DNA of 64,000 nucleotides from Candidatus Poribacteria bacterium (GTDB taxonomy: Bacteria > Poribacteria > WGA-4E > WGA-3G): contig OZ240248.1 of the NCBI GenBank assembly GCA_965198235.1, positions 960,001 through 1,024,000 on the forward strand, in the 5' to 3' direction. Below are positions 47,654-58,700 of this stretch, piece by piece (position 1 is the stretch's first letter; each line of letters starts with the position of its first letter). Position numbers and translations under genes: made by a program. The notes beneath the pieces are model-generated. The model saw nothing but the letters and a program-made list of their open reading frames with translations. It did not search any database and was not told the origin of the DNA.

Positions 47654-49300
47654 ATGAAACATTTTAAAGTGCTCTCAATCCTTGTTTTAATCACAGTATG
47701 TCTCCTTTTGGGTTCTGACTTGCGAGCTCAAACCGGAGGTGAAACGCCTGAGTTAGTGGTACTCCCTGATGCTGATACAGGATTAAACGCTGATATGACC
47801 CGTGTAGCAAAACTCTATACCAACCTAATGTGGGCAGTATATTGCAGAACAAGCGAACGCAGCATCCCAAAAAGCAAAGCTCTCTACGATGCCTTAATCA
47901 AGGAAATTGATGACTCCCCCATGATTCTCGAAAATGGGCTTCTATCTGCACGCGAGATAAGTTTTATTTATGCCGAGCGTGCGTCACTTCGGTTTCCTAA
48001 ATTGCAAGATATCAAAGGTGCGGAAGAGGATGCCAGAACAGCCATTAAACTTAATCCTGAAAATGTAAAAGCAACGTGGGTAATTGCCCAAATAGTGACG
48101 AACCGATTCATTTATTATATGGAACGGAACAGAAACAGCAAAATACCTAATGTTTTACAAAAGGAGATGTTTGATGTTTTAAACCGCGTGGTTGAATTAG
48201 ATGCAGACCACAATACAGCACATTTCTACCGTGGCAGCATGGCGCGTGATCTCGGCAATATTGAACTTGCAATTACGTCCTTCAAGGCACTTACACGCAT
48301 TATGCCTTATGATGACCAATACCATAAGGAACTTGCTGAACTCTATGAAATTCAAAATCGGCTTGATGAAGCTTTGCAGTCCTATGAAAGAGTCATCACC
48401 ATCCGACCCGAACAGAAAAGTGCACGAAACCGTCTTGGACAACTTTACCTTCAAACTGGCGACTATCCTGCAGCTATAAAGACTTTTCTCTCTATTTTGT
48501 CACCCCTTGAAGGACAGCCGGAGACTAATAGTGTAAGGGAGCGCACTACGCGTAATGTCGGTGAAGTTGAAATTGAAGCACACCACGGTATTAGTCTCGC
48601 GTATCAGGCAGAAAATGATTTTGAGCGGTCTGAATTCCATATCACACGTGTAATCAATTTGCTGGAAGAGAAGGCAAAACGGACTCGCACCGGTTTGCGG
48701 ACCAGAAGTAGCGAACGCGTTGAATTAGCCAGACGTATTCAAGACGCACGTTACACCCTCGGACAAATTTACCTCAAATTTAATGCGCCCCGGAAAGCCG
48801 TCCAAACTTTCACGAAGATTCTCACTGTTGATGATAAATATGTCCCTGCGCTTTCTGGTATAGGGATGGCGTATCAAATGCAAGACGATGTGAAACGCGC
48901 AGAAACTTATCTTCGTAGGGCAATTGAGTTATCTGTGGAAGAAGAATTGCCGGATGCATACAACGCATTAGGATATCTCTATGCAGAGCAGGGCATTAAT
49001 TTAGATGAAGCCGCAATTTTGGTTCGCCGTGCGCTCAAAAGCGTACCGAAATCTGGAGCATATCTTGATAGTTTAGGGGTCATCTACTTTAAGCAAGGCA
49101 AACTTGATGCCGCTATAGAAAATTTGGAGCAGGCACTCCACTATCTGCCTGATACACCTGTAATCCTCTTGCATCTTGCTGATGCTTATCTTGGGAAAGG
49201 CTTGAAACAGAAGGCACTGCAAACTTTAGAACAAGCTGTCCTACTTGAACCAAATAACACTGAACTGCGCCAGAGACTTGATGCCGTTAAACTCCGCTAA
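47654..49300 (+). CDS. Secreted tetratricopeptide repeat protein
   Basis: Signal peptide; TPR units such as AYNALGYLYAE and AYLDSLGVIYFKQGKLDAAIENLEQAL. Confidence 0.9.
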   Translation: MKHFKVLSILVLITVCLLLGSDLRAQTGGETPELVVLPDADTGLNADMTRVAKLYTNLMWAVYCRTSERSIPKSKALYDALIKEIDDSPMILENGLLSAREISFIYAERASLRFPKLQDIKGAEEDARTAIKLNPENVKATWVIAQIVTNRFIYYMERNRNSKIPNVLQKEMFDVLNRVVELDADHNTAHFYRGSMARDLGNIELAITSFKALTRIMPYDDQYHKELAELYEIQNRLDEALQSYERVITIRPEQKSARNRLGQLYLQTGDYPAAIKTFLSILSPLEGQPETNSVRERTTRNVGEVEIEAHHGISLAYQAENDFERSEFHITRVINLLEEKAKRTRTGLRTRSSERVELARRIQDARYTLGQIYLKFNAPRKAVQTFTKILTVDDKYVPALSGIGMAYQMQDDVKRAETYLRRAIELSVEEELPDAYNALGYLYAEQGINLDEAAILVRRALKSVPKSGAYLDSLGVIYFKQGKLDAAIENLEQALHYLPDTPVILLHLADAYLGKGLKQKALQTLEQAVLLEPNNTELRQRLDAVKLR

Positions 49301-49397
49301 TCTTTTTCGGGACCGGTACATCTGTTGTCCGAGATATTCTTAAAAGATATGTACTACACCTGTCGCTGGTGTTTTGTGCTGTTAGGTAATCTGAGTC

Positions 49398-51329
49398 ATG
49401 CTAATAACAGACTGGGTGGATAAGATGCACATCTCAACAATTCAAGGTGCTTTTAGCAGACAAGAAAATAGAAGAGGGCTGAGATTAAGAGACTTCGTTA
49501 GAATCTCATATCCACGGAACAGCCTTCAGTCTTCAACCTTCAGCCTTCAGAGGGTATGGTATGCACGCCTACTGTGTTTACCGCAAGGTTCTCTCTCTTT
49601 GCTGACTGCTGACTGCCGACTGCCGACTGCTACGTCGCTTGCGAGGTTTTTGCTTGTAGCATTACTGATTTTGGGGGTTCCCTACAGCAGCTCAGCATAT
49701 CTCTGTGGGACTCCGCATCTGTCAAACCCAAAGCGTGTAATTGATGCTATAAACGCTCCACAACAGTTTTTTCGACCCGGAAACCAGACTGCTCCTGCCT
49801 TGCCTGCTGCGCCTGCTTTGCCAATTGGCACAGAACGAACCTTCTTCGCTCCTGATTTTAGAAGCATGCAACAGTACACTGTCTCCGCCGTTCTACGTGG
49901 TGTAGGTAGTTTCTGTTATGTTTTCGTTGAGGAAGCTGAGTGGAACACACGGGTTACCGCCGGAACCGTGCAGGCGATGATCCGTGCTTTTGACGCTACC
50001 ACGCCAGCGAATCCACAGCAAGGAATTTATCTGACGTTGACGAAGTTCTTCGGAGCCCCACCCGATATTGATGGAAACGGCAGGATTATCTTACTTCTAC
50101 TTAATATTCAAGATGCCCGCGGCGCGGACCGTTACACAGCAGGTTTTTTTAATCCGGCGGACCAGCATCGGGGTTTACTTCGAAACCCGGGCTTCCGAGG
50201 GTTTCCGATTCGTAGTAACGAAGCGGAAATGCTATATATTGATACACAACCTCTCAATCCGAACAGTGAAAGAGCACACAATGTTATTGCACATGAATTT
50301 CAACACCTCCTCAATTGGCATCATGATACAAGAGAAGTAACCTGGGTTGATGAGGGATGTGCAGTGTATGCCTCATTTCTCTGCGGTTATTCTGTGCAGG
50401 AACATGTAGCTGCATTTGAAAAAATGCCGTCTATCTCGCTTGTAACGTGGTCGGAGGGAGATGCGGACTCGCTTCCACACTACGGTGCTGCCTTCTTGTG
50501 GATGCTCTATCTTCATGAGCAGTACGGAGGTATAGGAACACTCATCGAAATTGTCCAAAATCGCGGCACATCGCTCACCGGTATCTCAGATGCCCTCGCA
50601 TCTCGAGGGATTACCCAAACAATTTCTGACATCTTTATTGAATGGAAATTGGCTAACTACTTATCTGAGTATCGTGCTGTCAGACTTTCTCTCATGCCTC
50701 GCCGCTGGCATGATTCCTATCCAAGCGGTACGCAGCAGGGGCAGCTGCGCAATTTTTCGGCGGCGTATATCGGCTTTAGAGATGCCGAGGGGTTAACACT
50801 TGGATTCTCAAGTAGTTCTCCAACGAGTAGTGCTGTCCATGCAATTGAATTTCATAACACTGGCACCGTCGAGATCAAGGAGATAAAATTGTCAGCTGGT
50901 AATACCGGCTCCCTTGTGTTATCGAATACTGCCGCAGAGGTGCTTCTTGTTCCCAGTTTGCATATGGAATCAATCAACGTTGACGCGCACAGCTCGACAT
51001 ACCAGTATAGTGCAACCCGCGGTGCGCATATTACCTTTATCACCGCTGCACTTCCGAATCCGGTGCATCCGCGTTACTGGGACATCATCGCTGAATCGAC
51101 TGAACCCCTCGTCGGGCTAACGCCCACTGTAACGCTAATGCTCTCTGACAGCAAGACGGAACGGCTTTACCGGGAAGCACAAGCAATGTATCTAATAACA
51201 CAGGACCTACAAGATAACCGTCTGTACCGATTCTCGTTCCTTCTTGAACCGGAAATAGCACCGAAATCTGTGATATATCAGGTTTCGCTTGATTCGAGAC
51301 CTGTTGGTACGGGATCCTTAACCGAGTAA
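49398..51329 (+). CDS. Secreted zinc metallopeptidase (M30/immune inhibitor A-like)
   Basis: PDIDGNGRI, AGFF, SNEAEMLYID, IAHEFQH, WVDEG, HYGAAFLW; true start probably downstream, since 49520-49630 is a family C repeat. Confidence 0.8.
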   Translation: MLITDWVDKMHISTIQGAFSRQENRRGLRLRDFVRISYPRNSLQSSTFSLQRVWYARLLCLPQGSLSLLTADCRLPTATSLARFLLVALLILGVPYSSSAYLCGTPHLSNPKRVIDAINAPQQFFRPGNQTAPALPAAPALPIGTERTFFAPDFRSMQQYTVSAVLRGVGSFCYVFVEEAEWNTRVTAGTVQAMIRAFDATTPANPQQGIYLTLTKFFGAPPDIDGNGRIILLLLNIQDARGADRYTAGFFNPADQHRGLLRNPGFRGFPIRSNEAEMLYIDTQPLNPNSERAHNVIAHEFQHLLNWHHDTREVTWVDEGCAVYASFLCGYSVQEHVAAFEKMPSISLVTWSEGDADSLPHYGAAFLWMLYLHEQYGGIGTLIEIVQNRGTSLTGISDALASRGITQTISDIFIEWKLANYLSEYRAVRLSLMPRRWHDSYPSGTQQGQLRNFSAAYIGFRDAEGLTLGFSSSSPTSSAVHAIEFHNTGTVEIKEIKLSAGNTGSLVLSNTAAEVLLVPSLHMESINVDAHSSTYQYSATRGAHITFITAALPNPVHPRYWDIIAESTEPLVGLTPTVTLMLSDSKTERLYREAQAMYLITQDLQDNRLYRFSFLLEPEIAPKSVIYQVSLDSRPVGTGSLTE

Positions 51330-51432
51330 CTGTAGACGCGCGGGAGGTAAACAATCTGATCGCGCGCAGACTTCTTTAAAAACGGCTCCTATTTTATATC
51401 TCCAATTAGGGGCTTCAAGAAAGGGGAAAAAG

Positions 51433-52395
51433 ATGCAACCTACACTCTATGCCGGAACTATTGGACAAAGCGTCTGGCGCAGTGCTGACAACGGAGACAC
51501 ATGGCGCAGGGCGAGTAATGAGCTCTTTCCAGAAGCCGACGTTCGCGCCATAGCGGTTAATCCAAGTAACTCAGACACCCTCTATGCCGGGACCGAAAAA
51601 GGTATCTTCCGATCAGACGATGCTGCTGAATCATGGCATCGTCTCTCAAGTCCTATGGATGAATTGGAAGTTTGGGCGATCGCTGTTGATCCAAGGACAC
51701 CGAACACACTCTACGCGGGTACGTGCCCCTCTGCGCTTTTCAAATCCGCTGATGGTGGTGATAACTGGAAGCAACTCAACGTTGACCTCGCACAAGAGTG
51801 CGAAGGTGTTCCGATTATCCCGCGCGTTACAACCTTCGTGATTGATCCTGAAGATTCGCAAACGCTCTATGCGGGGATTGAGATTGATGGAATGCGCCTC
51901 AGTACAGATGGCGGTGAAACATGGGTTGAGCGCAGTGAGGGACTCAGTAGCCTTGATATCCACGGGCTTTGTGTGGTTCCTGGTTCACCCAGAACTATCA
52001 TTGCTGCGACGAACAATGATGTTTGTGTAACTACAGACATGGGACAACAGTGGACACCCTTAAATGTCAAGGCGCACTATCCATGGCCCTACTGTCGTGC
52101 CGCGTTTTTCCTCAATGGCAACGCTGGTCGGGTCTTTATCGGGGCTGGAAACGGTCCCCCTGGCGATCAAGGCGGGATTTTCTCGACGCATGATGCTGGG
52201 AAGACGTGGAACCGAGCCGATATCGGTAGAACAGCAAATAGCACAATCTGGTGTTTTGCTCACAATCCACAGTTTAACGATCTTCTTATCGCTTGCAGCG
52301 TAAGTGGACAACTGTACCGTAGTCCAGATTCTGGCGATTCATGGACCAAACTCGATCACGAATTTGGAGAAGTTCGAGCATTGGCTATCGGATAA
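51433..52395 (+). CDS. BNR/Asp-box beta-propeller protein, no signal peptide
   Basis: Repeated RS-x-D-x-G-x-T/S-W and LYAGT. Confidence 0.85.
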   Translation: MQPTLYAGTIGQSVWRSADNGDTWRRASNELFPEADVRAIAVNPSNSDTLYAGTEKGIFRSDDAAESWHRLSSPMDELEVWAIAVDPRTPNTLYAGTCPSALFKSADGGDNWKQLNVDLAQECEGVPIIPRVTTFVIDPEDSQTLYAGIEIDGMRLSTDGGETWVERSEGLSSLDIHGLCVVPGSPRTIIAATNNDVCVTTDMGQQWTPLNVKAHYPWPYCRAAFFLNGNAGRVFIGAGNGPPGDQGGIFSTHDAGKTWNRADIGRTANSTIWCFAHNPQFNDLLIACSVSGQLYRSPDSGDSWTKLDHEFGEVRALAIG

Positions 52396-52399
52396 AGGC

Positions 52400-52429
52400 T
52401 TGACTTGTTTCTGTAATTTATGGTATGCT
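52400..52429 (+). promoter_or_regulatory. Sigma-70 promoter upstream of the omegaRNA-like element and lipoprotein gene
   Basis: TTGACT-18 nt-TATGCT with extended TG. Confidence 0.65.
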
Positions 52430-52451
52430 GTTGATAAAATGTAGGGCAAGG

Positions 52452-52685
52452 GTCAGTAACCCACCCTTAAAAAGTTGGGCTTGTGCGAAGCGTCCGCCAA
52501 ACGTCCACTCCACGAGTTAAACCGTTGACTACAGGTCGCCCGAACCCGTGACGATATTAATAGCAGGTTACTGTAGACCTCGTCCGCAGGCGCGAGGTAA
52601 AATAACGCCTGCACTTCCCTAGCAAAAGAGGCGGGATTTCCTTCACGCGCTAAAGCGCGGAGTTTCTATACCGAATATGCTGACG
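52452..52685 (+). mobile_element. Non-autonomous IS200/IS605-like element with IscB omegaRNA/HEARO-like 5' end
   Basis: Left end GTCAGTAACCCACCCTTAAAAAGTTGGGCTTGTG...CACGAGTT...GTTGACTAC; right-end hairpin TTCCTTCACGCGCTAAAGCGCGGAGTTTC; no ORF inside. Confidence 0.6.
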
Positions 52686-52817
52686 AGGTTTTTAAGTGGA
52701 CGCAATCGCATCAGAAGTCTCGCAAGTTATAGGTTGGGATGGGAGACAGAATTTCTGACCCAGTCTACAAAAAATTGGCTTTCACGTTACGCCCAAAATT
52801 ATAGGAGGCACACTTCA

Positions 52818-53600
52818 GTGATACGTTTCTTTACACTTCTATTCATACCGCTTCTCTGCATTGCGATGGCGGGCTGTCTTGATGGTGATGGTGAAGTTAA
52901 TATTGATACCCCACCCCCGATTAGTGATGCAAAGCGTGTTGCAATTGTTCCATTCTTTGCTGAAATAGGAGCAACAGAAGACATTGACAAGTTAGCTGGA
53001 CGAATTAGCGTTAACCTCGCAACGCGTCTGGAGCTGATATTCAAAGAGGCAGAGTGGGTTTATGACATCTCAAACAAAATTAAACCGGTTGCAGACCAAC
53101 TCACAGAGTTGGGATTAACGCTGGAGCAAGTCTATGCAGATCCTGCTTTGGCAGCGAAGCTCGGACAGGCACTCGACTCTGATATGGTTATCATCGGAAG
53201 GGTGGAAAACCCGAAATTAACCGACCGGGACTACGACCAACTTCTTATGAAACAGGGCAGACAGGGCGGAATTTCGGGTACATCCACCTATATTCGTACT
53301 CGTCTTACTGCTCTTGGTCGTATCCGTGTCAAAGTCGTTGATGCAAACTCTTCGGAGATTATTTTCAACAACCGTATTCGATCTTATCTCAAGTATTGGT
53401 ACGCCTATCAGACCCAGCAGAGCGAACAGCAAATATTTAAGAGCGATATGGATAGACTTGCCGATTTAGGTAAGTATCTCCCGCTCAGAATTGCTTATAT
53501 TCTCCATCCAACCGGGTTAAAGTTGGAAACCGAAGAGCAGATTCTGCTTAAACCGGACATGGTGCTCAAAGGGACAGGCGGTATTGTCGAGTTTAACTAA
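52818..53600 (+). CDS. Lipoprotein, CsgG/FlgO/TolB-N-like fold
   Basis: AGGAGG SD + GTG 52818; lipobox MAG-C; RVAIVPF...AAKLGQALDSDMVIIGRV...VKVVDA. Confidence 0.75.
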   Translation: MIRFFTLLFIPLLCIAMAGCLDGDGEVNIDTPPPISDAKRVAIVPFFAEIGATEDIDKLAGRISVNLATRLELIFKEAEWVYDISNKIKPVADQLTELGLTLEQVYADPALAAKLGQALDSDMVIIGRVENPKLTDRDYDQLLMKQGRQGGISGTSTYIRTRLTALGRIRVKVVDANSSEIIFNNRIRSYLKYWYAYQTQQSEQQIFKSDMDRLADLGKYLPLRIAYILHPTGLKLETEEQILLKPDMVLKGTGGIVEFN

Positions 53601-53633
53601 AGCGTCTTAAGCTTTGTAACCAATCATCTCAAG

Positions 53634-53665
53634 GAAGAGGCGCGGTTTATGCCGTGCCTTTTCTC
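53634..53665. terminator. Hairpin between convergent genes
   Basis: GAAGAGGCGCGGT-TTA-TGCCGTGCCTTTTC, with G-T pairs. Confidence 0.55.
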
Positions 53666-53714
53666 GTTAAGGTGAGTGATTCGTTAAGGTGAATGATTCG
53701 TTAAGGTGAATGAT
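53664..53714. repeat. 17-bp tandem repeat x3 overlapping the HEPN gene stop
   Basis: TCGTTAAGGTGA(G/A)TGAT x3. Confidence 0.9.
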
Positions 53715-54171
53715 TCACGAAGAAATTTTCGAGTTGGCGGGTATAGGCTTCACCGTACTTCAAAAGTTGGAGAGCGGCATCATAGAGTTCTGAAGGAGCG
53801 AGTTCTTGGTAGGGATTAGCGATTTTCTCGTAGCAATCTAAAGCCTTCATGAAAAAATCCATGGTTTCTCGATCGATAACGCTATTTTGATGTAAGGCAC
53901 GAAAACTGTGGTGCTTTTGCTGTGGCGGTGTCTGTCCACTAAATTCGATAATAACATTGTTGATATCCACAGCGCGTTGAATAATCATAAGGAAGCAGCT
54001 TTTCACATAAGAATGTGTAATCCTGTCCCCTTCAATATATTCTTCTTGCTTTGCCGGTAGCCCATGCCGTAATTGGTCAAAACATTCATTTATAGATTCC
54101 AACTTCGCTTTTACCGGGTTGAATCGGCGATTCGCGGTTTTCTTTGGACTTCTGACATTTCTTTTTCCCAT
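53701..54171 (-). CDS. DUF86/HepT-like HEPN-fold protein with degenerate active site
   Basis: CFLMIIQRAVDINNVII...PP...SFRALHQNSVID...; CYEKIANPY where RN..VH.Y is expected; GGAG SD. Confidence 0.65.
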   Translation of the reverse strand: MGKRNVRSPKKTANRRFNPVKAKLESINECFDQLRHGLPAKQEEYIEGDRITHSYVKSCFLMIIQRAVDINNVIIEFSGQTPPQQKHHSFRALHQNSVIDRETMDFFMKALDCYEKIANPYQELAPSELYDAALQLLKYGEAYTRQLENFFVNHSP

Positions 54172-54404
54172 TTCCTCTCCCTCTTCTTGTATAGTTTTTT
54201 GTTCTTCCCAGTATTCAATTCTTTTAGACGTTGACAAACGTAAAAAGTTGTAACCTTCTTATTTTTCTGTTATATATTTTATGCCGCTCTTCTTCTCTCC
54301 ATATCCTGACTAATTGAAAATCTGAAACCTGCCTTTAAACTTGGTATAACCTTTCTAAATGTGTTAAAATTAGATAAATATTAAAAGAGAAATGGAGTAG
54401 AACA

Positions 54405-55385
54405 GTGAAAGCTATTATTAGGACTGGCGATGGCGGACCGGAAGTCCTGCAATTAGGCGAAGCCCCATCACCGAATCCAACAGAAACACAACTCTTGGTG
54501 GATGTCCGTGCCACTGCTTTAAATCGAGCCGACATGATTCAAAGACGGGGTGGATATCCGCCACCGCCAGGTGAATCTGAGGTCCTTGGTTTAGAGATCG
54601 CTGGCACCGTTTCAGCGATGGGCAACGCTGTAAAAGGAATGACGAAAGGGGATCGCGTTTTTGGACTCGTTGGTGGTGGCGGTTATGCGGAACAAGCCGT
54701 CATAGATTACCGCATGGCAATGCCGATGCCTGACGAATGGACTTTTGAACAAGCCGCCGCGGTACCTGAAGTATTTTTTACAGCGAGTGACAACATTTTC
54801 ACCCAGGGCGGATTATCAGCTGGTGAGGCGATTCTGATTCATGCAGGAGGGAGTGGCGTTGGCACTGCTGGTGTCCAAATCTCGCATCATGCCGGTGCCA
54901 AAGTTTTTGTCACTGCGGGGACTTCGGAGAAAATTGAAAATTGCAAGGCACTCGGTGCGACAGAGGGCATCAACTACAAAGAAAGCGACTTCGTTGCCGA
55001 GATTCTACGTTTGACAGATGGACAAGGTGTGGATGTTGTTGTCGACTTTATCGGAGCACCCTATCTTGAACGGAACCTTTCCGTGCTTAAAACAAAGGGT
55101 AGACTTTTACAACTCGGATTAATCAGCGGGTCAGTCACAGAAATTAACCTCAACACAGTAATGCGCAACAGGCTTCAACTGATAGGCTCTGTCCTGCGGA
55201 CTCGATCTATTGACGAAAAAATCGGTGTCACGCAACGCTTTATGGATCGTTGGTTACCCGAGTTGAAGCGCGGCAGAATCCGACCCGTTATTGACACTGT
55301 TTTCCCATTAGCGCAAGCACGGCAAGCGCACGAGTATATGGAAGCAAATCGCAATTTCGGAAAAATTATTTTGAAGGTCTTTTAA
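54405..55385 (+). CDS. NAD(P)H-quinone oxidoreductase, PIG3 family
   Basis: ALNRADMIQRRGGYPPPPG, LGLEIAG, GGGYAE, AAAVPEVFFT, HAGGSGVG, NFGKIIL. Confidence 0.93.
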   Translation: MKAIIRTGDGGPEVLQLGEAPSPNPTETQLLVDVRATALNRADMIQRRGGYPPPPGESEVLGLEIAGTVSAMGNAVKGMTKGDRVFGLVGGGGYAEQAVIDYRMAMPMPDEWTFEQAAAVPEVFFTASDNIFTQGGLSAGEAILIHAGGSGVGTAGVQISHHAGAKVFVTAGTSEKIENCKALGATEGINYKESDFVAEILRLTDGQGVDVVVDFIGAPYLERNLSVLKTKGRLLQLGLISGSVTEINLNTVMRNRLQLIGSVLRTRSIDEKIGVTQRFMDRWLPELKRGRIRPVIDTVFPLAQARQAHEYMEANRNFGKIILKVF

Positions 55386-55478
55386 ACTATCGGTCCTCGC
55401 GCTGTGCTCCAAATGTAAAGCAAAGACAAATTATGCCATTTAAGGAAACCTAATTTCATTCCGCATAGGTTTCCGATG
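55380..55478. repeat. Family B repeat with nested insert 55412-55453; supplies the stop codon
   Basis: TTTTAAACTATCGG...CTGTGC-TCCA[insert]TTTCATTCC-GCATAG. Confidence 0.8.
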
Positions 55479-55661
55479 AAGGCAGCTGAATAAATTAGAA
55501 ATCTGTCTGAAAGAAATCGGGGTGTTTTTGCTTGGGCGTTTCCCCTCTCACGGTGGAAGGCAGCGCGAAGGCCAAAGAATTAAAAAATATTTTAAAAAGT
55601 GAAGGATATGTCCTTTACATAACACTTATAATACAAGATTTCTTATTCAAAGTATCGGAGA

Positions 55662-55760
55662 ATAGCCATCAGCCATCGGCAATCGGCTTTCAGCGGAATA
55701 GCCATCAGCATTCCCTGACCGCTGACTGCGATCCTCACTGACCGCTGACTGCTGAAAACT
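55662..55760. repeat. Family C heptamer repeat
   Basis: AGCCATCAGCCATCGGCAATCGGCTTTCAGC...CTGACCGCTGACTGCTGAAAACT. Confidence 0.7.
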
Positions 55761-55767
55761 ATCACAA

Positions 55768-58700
55768 ATGCAATTATACTTAAAACAGATCGGAACGGAG
55801 CACAAACCTGTGTATGCTCTATTCAGGTTTGGTATTATACTGGGTATCCACGTTCTCACCTTTGTAGGAGGGGTTTGTAACCCCGATTCCTTCGCAGAAA
55901 TTACCCAAACTACATCGACAGACGGAATCACCCTCCAATTCACCTTGCCGGAACTGACTATATCTGAGGTAATCCGCGATAATATCCGCTACCAAGGGGT
56001 GCGTTACGCCGACTGTCACTTCACCGGCGAACCGGGAAACCCCAAAGTTCCAGTCACGCGCCTCATGTTAGGTATACCGGCGGCAGCTACAATTGAAGCA
56101 GTCGATGTTTCTGCTGCGTCTGTCGAGACGCGCACCGGTGTACGCCTCGTTCCAGTTCCGATTTTCGATATTCATGAACTCAATTCACAGCACTCGGCTT
56201 CGCAGCACTGGTCGGAAAGCGGGAGCGCATATCAGTTAAAGGGAAATGGCTCGTTTTCTGGAAACCGCTCATACCCTGGACATCCTCTTGCCCGGATTGT
56301 ACGTGAAGGCTATATTCGTAGTCAACGTGTTATTGCATTAGCACTCTATCCTGTGCAATATCTGCCGAACACTCGCCAACTGCGTTTGTATTCACGCTTC
56401 ACAGTGAACATTCGTTTCTCCTATACAAAACAGGGAGGGCCGCTAACAGCGCGAGGGAGCAGCTCACAAATTTTTCCTGACCAAGGAATAACTGTGCCAG
56501 AATCAGAAGTTTTTGAGCGTGCATTCTCACATCAACTCTTCAATGCTGAACAAGCCGCTCGCTTCCGCGCGCCCCGTCCACTGGTACCTACGGCACCAAC
56601 ACTCATTCCCAACGGAGGTCATGGAACACGCTATAAGTTGTTTATTCAAGAGACAGGTATCTACGCAGTGACAGCGGCATCTCTACAGAACGACTGGGGT
56701 GTAGATCTCATTGGTACGCATCCTGCGAGATTTCGACTCACGCAAGGAAATAGAGATGTTCCTGTTTACATCAGTGGTGCGGCAGATGGAAGTTTTGACC
56801 CGAACGATGCTATCTTTTTTCTGGGTCATAAGCCTAAAAATCGATATAGCCGTTGGAATGTCTATTGGCTCTCGATTGACAACAGGGGTCGCATTCCGAC
56901 GCGGGTGCCGCAGATTACCGTCAGTCCCACAGACCAAACAGCGACACAGGTTCCCACCTTCCGCTCTAAAGTGAATTTTGAAGAGGATTACCTGACGAGT
57001 AACCTCGAATTTGTCCATACGGAGACCGTTTCGCCCGGTGACAAGCACGGTTGGTTTGATGCCTTAGATTTCTGGTACTGGGACGGTATCAAAAATGGGG
57101 GCGATTCCGCCGAGATGCGTCTCGAATTTCCGCTTTATGATGTCGCAAAAAGTTTCGACCCGCCACGTATCTCCGTTGATTTGCAGGGCGGCACACCGGT
57201 ATCACATGAGATTTTAGTCGCTATTAATGGGGTCCGGATTGACTTTGCTAAGTGGGAACAGCAAGACACACTCACTATTGGACGTACCTTGCGCACTTGG
57301 GATACGCTCAAAGACAACGTCAAGGGACAGCAGAACGTGTTGTCTTTAGCCAGAGTTGACAGCAACGTTGATGAGGATACCACCCGATACCCATATCATG
57401 TCTACCTCAACCGTTTTTCTGTCGAGTATACTCGCCTCTTCCGAGCTGTTGCTGACGAGTTATGGTTCAGGTCGCCGACCGCCGATACGACCTCCCGGGA
57501 GCGGCTTCCCGGAGGGCGTAAACTCCAGTATAAAATTGAGGCGTTCCGTGAACCAGAGATACATATCTTTGAGACGGATGGCACCTATCTTACTGCCCAG
57601 ATGCAGGGTGTGAATGTCGAATTAGACGCAGCACGTTCTAATTCGTATAATGCACTTTTCCAAGTGCTTGATACCCGAAGCACACAATTTATCGCCGTTT
57701 CCAATGCGGCATTGCGTCAACCCGATCGCATTGATGTCGTTGCGCCCACAGACTTAGCGACTGCGGTGCACAGTGCTGATTATCTAATTGTGACACACCC
57801 TAACTTCCTATCTGCAGCACAAAGATTAGCAGCGTGGCGCACGACTCCTGGCGGTGGTGGATACCGCACGAAAGTTGTTACAACCGATGATATTTACAAC
57901 ACCTTTGGTGATGGTGGTGTTAGTCCGAAGGCTGTTAAGGCGTTTCTGAAGCACGCGTATCAGTCTTGGACGCCGCCAGCACTGACGTATGTCGTCCTGT
58001 TTGGCGATGGCACCTTCGATTTTCGCGGCATTGACACAGACATTTATGCTGAACCGCCTGAACTGACTGGGTACATTCCGACGCATTATATTCGAACTGA
58101 TTCCTTCGGACGGACCGCATCAGATCATTGGTATGCGACCGTCTCTGGACACGATGAATTCACCGATTTCTATATCGGTAGGCTCAGTGTTGAGACCGTA
58201 AACCAAGCTGATGCGGTTGCTGACAAGATCATCGCTTACGAACAGACACCACCCAACGGGGACTGGCGGAGAAGGATTATTGCTGTTGCTGACGACGAGG
58301 TTAGCAACTCTGGAGATTTTATCTTCAAGAAAAGCCTTGATGAAATAGCGAAAGATCACACCCGTCTTGGCTATGAAACGGTTGAGGTGTTCCTTGAAGA
58401 CGTTATCGACCAAGTGGAAGCACATCCGGCGGATTACCCAGGACTCTTGCCACAACGTGTTGCAAAAAATAAAATCATTGAGGCACTTGGAGAGGGTGCT
58501 GTACTCGCACAATATGCCGGACACGGGGGCAGGATCGTTTGGGCGCACGAAGCAATCTTTGATAATGCTTCCGTCGATCAAGTTGAGGAAACCACAAAGA
58601 TTCCTTTCATGTTAGTTCTCAGTTGTTACAACGGTTATTTCGACAAGCCAGGTGAACCGAGCATGGCAGAGAAGTTGTTACGCAAAGAGAGAGGCGGGAT

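Noticed and set aside
47654-49300. TPR protein as a SprE/PorW T9SS component
   Set aside because: Only generic TPR features, no lipobox, and not adjacent to sprA.
53664-53714. 17-bp x3 repeat as a mini-CRISPR
   Set aside because: Head-to-tail with no spacers; a simple duplication of the gene end.
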